Virus record (IMG/VR): IMGVR_UViG_3300032225_001437
Span: 1-64,000 of that record
Direction: 5' to 3' (one strand)
DNA: 64,000 bases
Source: a virus
Taxonomy: Duplodnaviria > Caudoviricetes
Shown: one piece after another, positions 58,934 to 64,000 of the stretch
How the letters are laid out: each line of letters starts with the position of its first letter
Numbering within the stretch: position 1 is the first letter of the stretch
Translations under genes and position numbers: made by a program
The notes under the pieces: generated by a model
Told to the model about the DNA's origin: nothing
Database searches by the model: none
Seen by the model: the letters and a program-made list of their open reading frames with translations, nothing else

Positions 58934-59100
58934 TTACCAATGCCTTGCAACACCGGCAATTATAAACAAATTGGTAACAAAATAGGATACTACAATAAAA
59001 GTACGAACCAGTGCCACTAAGTGGCACCGGACTTTTCTCCTAGCGCCTTGGCCCAAAGACGCCAATAGTGTTTAACCTTCGTAGATAGCCGAGTTGGCAC
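58934..59100 (-). pseudogene. Frame-disrupted small membrane ORF (..YWRLWAKALGEKSGAT* / VALVRTFIVVSYFVTNLFIIAGVARHW*)
   Basis: Two protein-like halves in different frames joined at a 10-bp hairpin (59008-59030). Confidence 0.45.
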
Positions 59101-59521
59101 CGTGTTCTGCACATTCTACCCTGACGCAATAGCAACGACCGTTGGTCTTTTCTCTAATTAATTGATCAGCAAAACGGAAAGCATGTTCAGCAAACTTTTC
59201 TGCACCTACACCATCAAAGATACGTATCTCTGCTAGATCCAATTTTTCTAATTCTAGAAATTTGAGCAAGTGCGGATCTGCCTTGTCCAATGCTAACTTG
59301 TGATCAAAGTGATCTTCCAACCAGGCTTTGAGCGGTTTGAGTCCGCCAAAGTCCACTGCCCAGTTCTTGTTGTCTAGTGTATCGCAGCCAAATGTAAATG
59401 TGAACGCTAGACTGTAGCCATGTAGCAAGTGACAGTGACTGTGATCTGCATTGGGTTGACGGAATACTGCTGACAGACCAATGTTGTGTCCGTAATGCTT
59501 TGTTGAATAATACTTTGCCAT
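59072..59521 (-). CDS. queD: 6-carboxy-5,6,7,8-tetrahydropterin synthase
   Basis: CHLLHGY, VDFG, FDH, AE, VECAE. Confidence 0.9.
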   Translation of the reverse strand: MAKYYSTKHYGHNIGLSAVFRQPNADHSHCHLLHGYSLAFTFTFGCDTLDNKNWAVDFGGLKPLKAWLEDHFDHKLALDKADPHLLKFLELEKLDLAEIRIFDGVGAEKFAEHAFRFADQLIREKTNGRCYCVRVECAEHGANSAIYEG

Positions 59522-59528
59522 TATAATT

Positions 59529-59594
59529 CTCCTATGTTAGATTATAGCATAGGCGGCAGAATTTATAAAGCGGGATGAACGCCAAAGACCGCTG
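59529..59594 (-). promoter_or_regulatory. Candidate preQ1-class-I-like riboswitch with an SD-sequestering hairpin
   Basis: AGCGG-U..CAUC-CCGCU-UUAUAAA.., loop GGCG complementary to downstream CGCC; CCUAUG/CAUAGG covers AGGAG. Confidence 0.55.
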
Positions 59595-59597
59595 GGT

Positions 59598-59843
59598 TTA
59601 TTTTTTCTTGCTTGGCGCCGATTTTCTAGCTGACTTGGTTTCTGCGACATCAGTTGCATTGGCTGATTTGATCAATTGTTCCACTGTGTCAAGAGCCTCG
59701 GTAGTAGCAAACATTTGCCAAAGTTGATTGCCAGTGGCATCAATGGGAGAAAACTTGAATTCAATTACTGAATCGTTTTTTAGTTGTAGTTGTATGGTTC
59801 GGTCTTGTGGCGTATTTAAATTTACTGTGCGTAGGTTTGTCAT
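59598..59843 (-). CDS. Hypothetical protein
   Basis: ORF track. Confidence 0.6.
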   Translation of the reverse strand: MTNLRTVNLNTPQDRTIQLQLKNDSVIEFKFSPIDATGNQLWQMFATTEALDTVEQLIKSANATDVAETKSARKSAPSKKK

Positions 59844-60048
59844 CTTGCGTCTTTCGTTATATTGAATCTATTTATTATCTTTATTTGTGGCGGTAGTGTT
59901 TGCAGATTGAACTTCAGCCTTGTCAAACACAGGATTGATGTATGGTTCTACCACTGTCTTTTGTGCAACTCCCCAACCAACTGCTGTGAAAAAACCAACC
60001 ACTATCCATGTTCCAATTAACACCATTTTACCATTGCCTTTTTAATAA

Positions 60049-62667
60049 TTAAAACGTGTATCTGTATTCGGACATTGCGCGATACTGTCCTGTTTGTGTA
60101 ACCATTCCTGATAATCTATAACTGTTATTTCGATCAATGACCCCAGTGTATAGCGCACGAACGTATGGTGTAGTTTGACTCACAACGCCCATCTTAGTGT
60201 TAGTATATACTACATTGCCTGCATTGTCAACACCGGTCGGTATAGTAGCGGTTATATTACCACTCAATACTACCGGTTTCACTCCTACATAAACACCAAG
60301 GTCTCCAAATCCTGCTTCGTTGTACCTGTAACCGGTTTCGGTCCATGCTGCCATGATTGGACTCACATCGGTTATGATACCAGATTTGAAATTGGTAGTG
60401 GTCATCATAACGGCACCTTGCACACTAAACCGATCCTTTCGATAAGTCATTACTTGTTCTATGGTGCTACTATTATTGACTGCACCAAACGACCCAGTAA
60501 AGTTTAGCCACGGATTGGTATTCAAACTGGTAAACTGTGTGCCGGTAGAAAAGTTACCACTTCTATAAATTTCTGGTAAACCAAAACTCCATTGTGTTGG
60601 TCGAGGCACACCTATATACATACCTTGTGCTGATTGATCACCAAATTCTTTTGGTAGGGGAGGAGGACCAATGGTGTTGAATTGATTACGAGTTTCGGCT
60701 CCTAATCGCATGGCCATTCCTTGCTGGTTATACACAGTATTGGTGTTGCCATTTAACATATACTCAGTATGACTGCTAAGATTGTATTGATCAATGTGTT
60801 CTGTGTTGACAGTAAAACTGTTAGGCCCAACTGAGCTAGTGGTGCCAAAATTCAAACTATAGTTACGTCCAATGGAATCAAATGCCTGCATCTGATTAAG
60901 ACCCGACATGTTGACGCCAGCAACGCCACCAGTTAATCCACTTAACGGTATAGTACCCGATCGGGTAGTAATATTCAGTGCGCCCACCGGATTCAATAAT
61001 TTATCAGGATTTAAAACTAGGCCTGTGCCAGCATCGGTCATGTAACTGCTAGAAGTTTGCGCTAGAACCTGATTGACCTGCGCCGGACTCATCCATGGCC
61101 ATGTTGCCTTGACAGCGTTGAATGCAGCCTGAGCTGTGGTAGTGCTTACATTGGCTCCTACCAGACTCAAATAAGTGGCCATTCTTACTGGACTTGTAGC
61201 ATCGGACTGATACTGTAGTGTAGATACTAGATATAAATTTTTACTGGAATCTTTGACCACAGCCACTTGGTTACCAACGTTTACACTGCCAGCGATCAAA
61301 TTAGCTTGGCTAGCAAAGTCAGTAATAATATTTTGGAATGCCGCCACATAAGGGCCTGTGGCACTTTGTTTAATTAAAAATTGTGTGCTGCTATTTGTTC
61401 CAGACCAATCAGTTCCGCTTACAATCATACTCTTAAATCCATTACCGAGATCCACAAACTGTGGACGGTAAGTGCCGTAGGTATTGGTATTGTAACCTTT
61501 GAGCATGGTTGCGGTTACATCAGTGAAGTTGCCTGTGCCATCATTTTGTAAAAACTGTATTGCCGATTGTTTTACACCACCGCTGGTACCGGGCGAGCTA
61601 AACAAGATCAAACTTTGATTGCCACTGGCATTAAAATCATAATTTATAACCAGGTAATTGTGACTGCTATTGCCCAGTATCGGTGCTGGTAAATCTTTTG
61701 CCCAATTGATGCTGAGTTTGTTGGTGACTGGATCTATTTCCCAGGTATACATTTTGGTAGTGCTACTGCCACAGCCATTCCATCCGGTGTCACCAATGCA
61801 GGCTCTACTGTCGGTGGCCACTAACTGAGTTTTTCCATTATTTAAAAAGTCAGCGGCTGCGATACTTGAGGTGCCCCAAAACAGATCGTTGTTGCCTCGA
61901 GCTTGATATACCGTAAAACCGTTTACACGGTTGTTCATTAAGAATGTGGTGTTAGGACCGTAGTCGGTGATAATAGCATCTTGCCAACCGGTTTTGGTCA
62001 AGTCAGCCATTGTAGTGCCGTGACCCCATACTTGTGCGCCAAGTTCTATAGTGCTACGAGTAAATTGGCTTCCGTTGTTTCGGAACAACCAGGCTTGGCT
62101 AGATCCAGTTGGACCGTAGTAGTTCATGTCAGTAGACGCACTGACCAGCATGTCGGTTCGGCCCGATTTAAAAAAGTCTGCAAACTGGATATTAGGGTCT
62201 GTTCCTAAAATTGAATTACTACCGGCAGTAAACCAAGTGGCGGTATCGTTGACAAAACTTCCATTTTTCCATGTGAACAATTGTATGCTACTGTTGACCC
62301 ACTCGCTACTGGTAGCTGGTTGACTCATACGTCCGGCTACAATCATGCTGTCAGCACCGTTGCCGGTCAAGTCGTTTACTACATATTGTTGACTTACCGC
62401 AGTTTTGGTTGAATCTGTAGTATAAGGATTAAATTCACTGACTTTGGTAGGAGTAGCATAAGGAACAGTGGTGCGAGAGCCCGGAGTAAATCCGTAATTA
62501 GATAATGTGCCAGACCCGTAATACGGATTGTCAGGTTTGGTATAAGATGGAGTAGGATTACCAGGCGAACCACCTCCGCCACCACCACCTCCACAGGCTG
62601 TAAGAAAGAAAACAGTTGATACAGCAATAGCTATAGACGTTTGTCTAATTATACGCTGTTTTTTCAT
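60049..62667 (-). CDS. Large lipoprotein with FG-GAP/VCBS-like repeats and a beta-rich C-terminus
   Basis: Lipobox LTAC + Gly8, repeats DLTGNGAD/DFFKSGRTD/DFLNNGK/NDGTGNF, ends YRYTF. Confidence 0.8.
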   Translation of the reverse strand: MKKQRIIRQTSIAIAVSTVFFLTACGGGGGGGGSPGNPTPSYTKPDNPYYGSGTLSNYGFTPGSRTTVPYATPTKVSEFNPYTTDSTKTAVSQQYVVNDLTGNGADSMIVAGRMSQPATSSEWVNSSIQLFTWKNGSFVNDTATWFTAGSNSILGTDPNIQFADFFKSGRTDMLVSASTDMNYYGPTGSSQAWLFRNNGSQFTRSTIELGAQVWGHGTTMADLTKTGWQDAIITDYGPNTTFLMNNRVNGFTVYQARGNNDLFWGTSSIAAADFLNNGKTQLVATDSRACIGDTGWNGCGSSTTKMYTWEIDPVTNKLSINWAKDLPAPILGNSSHNYLVINYDFNASGNQSLILFSSPGTSGGVKQSAIQFLQNDGTGNFTDVTATMLKGYNTNTYGTYRPQFVDLGNGFKSMIVSGTDWSGTNSSTQFLIKQSATGPYVAAFQNIITDFASQANLIAGSVNVGNQVAVVKDSSKNLYLVSTLQYQSDATSPVRMATYLSLVGANVSTTTAQAAFNAVKATWPWMSPAQVNQVLAQTSSSYMTDAGTGLVLNPDKLLNPVGALNITTRSGTIPLSGLTGGVAGVNMSGLNQMQAFDSIGRNYSLNFGTTSSVGPNSFTVNTEHIDQYNLSSHTEYMLNGNTNTVYNQQGMAMRLGAETRNQFNTIGPPPLPKEFGDQSAQGMYIGVPRPTQWSFGLPEIYRSGNFSTGTQFTSLNTNPWLNFTGSFGAVNNSSTIEQVMTYRKDRFSVQGAVMMTTTNFKSGIITDVSPIMAAWTETGYRYNEAGFGDLGVYVGVKPVVLSGNITATIPTGVDNAGNVVYTNTKMGVVSQTTPYVRALYTGVIDRNNSYRLSGMVTQTGQYRAMSEYRYTF

Positions 62668-62700
62668 ATAGTTACTCTAAGAATAATTGATCATACAACT

Positions 62701-62729
62701 ATTATAGCAAATAACTATTTTTGGGTCAA
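62701..62729 (-). promoter_or_regulatory. sigma70-type early promoter repeat
   Basis: TTGACC-17-TATAAT. Confidence 0.8.
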
Positions 62730-63052
62730 TCTCGCGTTAGATACTGTAGTTTATTGGCAACACCGGACCATGTTTTATGTTCGGGCATGGATTCCTTGGA
62801 CTTGGTTAGAGGTTTCCATAATCGAGCCAGTTCGGCATTAATTTCAACAAATTGTTTTTGGTCCTCTGGAACATCATCAAGAGCATAGATAGCATTTTCG
62901 GGGCATTCTGGAACGCATACGGCACAGTCAATGCATCCATCAGGATCGATTGCTAGAAAGTTTGGACCTTCTACAAAACAATCCACTGGACAAACATCTA
63001 CGCAATCAGTATGCTTACAAAGAATACATCCTTCTGTTACAACATAAGTCAT
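62726..63052 (-). CDS. fdxA: 7Fe ferredoxin (FdxA type)
   Basis: MTYVVTEGCILCKHTDCVDVCPVDCF..CIDCAVCVPECP. Confidence 0.92.
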   Translation of the reverse strand: MTYVVTEGCILCKHTDCVDVCPVDCFVEGPNFLAIDPDGCIDCAVCVPECPENAIYALDDVPEDQKQFVEINAELARLWKPLTKSKESMPEHKTWSGVANKLQYLTRD

Positions 63053-63273
63053 GCTCGTTGTCCTTGCAACCATGCATCCACACGCTGTTCGGCTTCGTCT
63101 TGACTCATGGCCGGAACGGTAATCTCTACCGGACCTCCTAAAACATGGTTCATGTTATACGGAATTGGATTACCATTAAAAATAATTTCTTCTATGTCTC
63201 GAAATACCAAAAACTCTTGTAGGTTTTTAGCACGGTTAATAAGTTGATCTGCTTGATCTTTTGCGTTGGTCAT
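63049..63273 (-). CDS. Hypothetical protein
   Basis: Coupled ORF. Confidence 0.65.
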   Translation of the reverse strand: MTNAKDQADQLINRAKNLQEFLVFRDIEEIIFNGNPIPYNMNHVLGGPVEITVPAMSQDEAEQRVDAWLQGQRA

Positions 63274-63986
63274 CTTGGGGCAAAGTCCTGTTGTAGTTTA
63301 ATATTGTCCATGAACTCTTTCTTGGTTCCAGAGTCTGTAGCAAAGCTACCTTTTAATACTGTGGTCTGTGTTAAACTTGAATGGGCCATGATGCCACGAT
63401 TTTCACAACATCCGTGAACTGCTTGTATGTAAACACCGACGTTTTCTGATTCTGTAGCCCGCATTATTTCTCTTGCGATGTCGTTACATAGTTCTTCTTG
63501 AAGTGTGCCACGACGAGCACACCACTGAGCGATCCTAGTATATTTAGACAGGCCAATAAGTTTATTAGCGGCGATGATTCCGATGTAAGCAACACCAGAC
63601 ACAGGCTGATGATGGTGACTGCACATAGAACGCAATTCGCTACGAACAACAAGCATACCTTCGTATCTATCTTCTGAATCATTTGGAAAAGCTGTTGCAT
63701 CTGGTGCTGGATCATATCGACCTCCCATAATTTCGTTAAAATACATTTTAGCAAGGCGACGTGCTGTGCCCTTTGAGTTAGGATCGTTTTCACGATCAAT
63801 TAGTAATCGATCCAATACAGTTTCAAATGCTTCTGCAGCTTCGTTGATTAGAATTTCCTTGTCACCTTCGTGCAAGTAATCACTGATGTTGTCACCTGCC
63901 CAGAATCGTTTGTTATCACGCTTCATTGCAAAACGAATAGCATCGCCTAGATAACCTTCTTGATAATCTTTGTCGCTCATCATCAC
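63270..63986 (-). CDS. folE: GTP cyclohydrolase I (frame stays open to the window end)
   Basis: SMCSHH, GLSK..R, LQE, HGC...RG. Confidence 0.94.
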   Translation of the reverse strand: MMMSDKDYQEGYLGDAIRFAMKRDNKRFWAGDNISDYLHEGDKEILINEAAEAFETVLDRLLIDRENDPNSKGTARRLAKMYFNEIMGGRYDPAPDATAFPNDSEDRYEGMLVVRSELRSMCSHHHQPVSGVAYIGIIAANKLIGLSKYTRIAQWCARRGTLQEELCNDIAREIMRATESENVGVYIQAVHGCCENRGIMAHSSLTQTTVLKGSFATDSGTKKEFMDNIKLQQDFAPR

Positions 63987-64000
63987 AGCGGCATCTTCGT

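Noticed and set aside
62568-62595. CCA/CCG trinucleotide run as a phase-variable repeat
   Set aside because: Mixed Gly codons encoding the usual poly-Gly linker after a lipobox
1-64000. CRISPR array, integrase/transposase, reverse transcriptase/DGR, introns or inteins
   Set aside because: No regularly spaced repeats, no such catalytic motifs, and conserved genes (thyX, rnh, nadE, folE) are uninterrupted

Overview
This 64-kb window looks like part of a large lytic dsDNA phage genome (T4-like/jumbo style), using the standard code, with no structural genes in view. The probable host is a proteobacterium (inferred from Bug/TctC, TorF-type porin, omega-subunit and Csp homologues). 1-18.5 kb: modification island with twitch-type radical SAM paralogues, SGNH-like proteins, a carbamoyltransferase, an amidinotransferase and NDP-sugar enzymes. 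18.5-33 kb: thyX, arrays of small early ORFs with sigma70-consensus promoters, a split MoxR-AAA/vWA pair and two more radical SAMs. 33-39.3 kb: oxygenase/halogenase-like and TctC cluster. 39.3-45.8 kb: translation-control locus with 15 tRNAs (including Ser-ACU and a short-arm Leu-CAG), orphan structured RNAs, an RpoZ-like gene, a porin, a permuted two-piece tmRNA and Csp. 47.8-64 kb: RNase H, NadE, sugar enzymes, folE/queD/queE, a large lipoprotein and ferredoxin. The best candidate for a new system is a leaderless 31-codon peptide with a terminator/antiterminator at 43.5-43.7 kb. It contains a cognate codon for all 11 tRNAs of the downstream array, so it may be a tRNA-depletion-sensing attenuator. 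A preQ1-I-like pseudoknot precedes queD. All calls come from motif reading by eye; no database searches were run.
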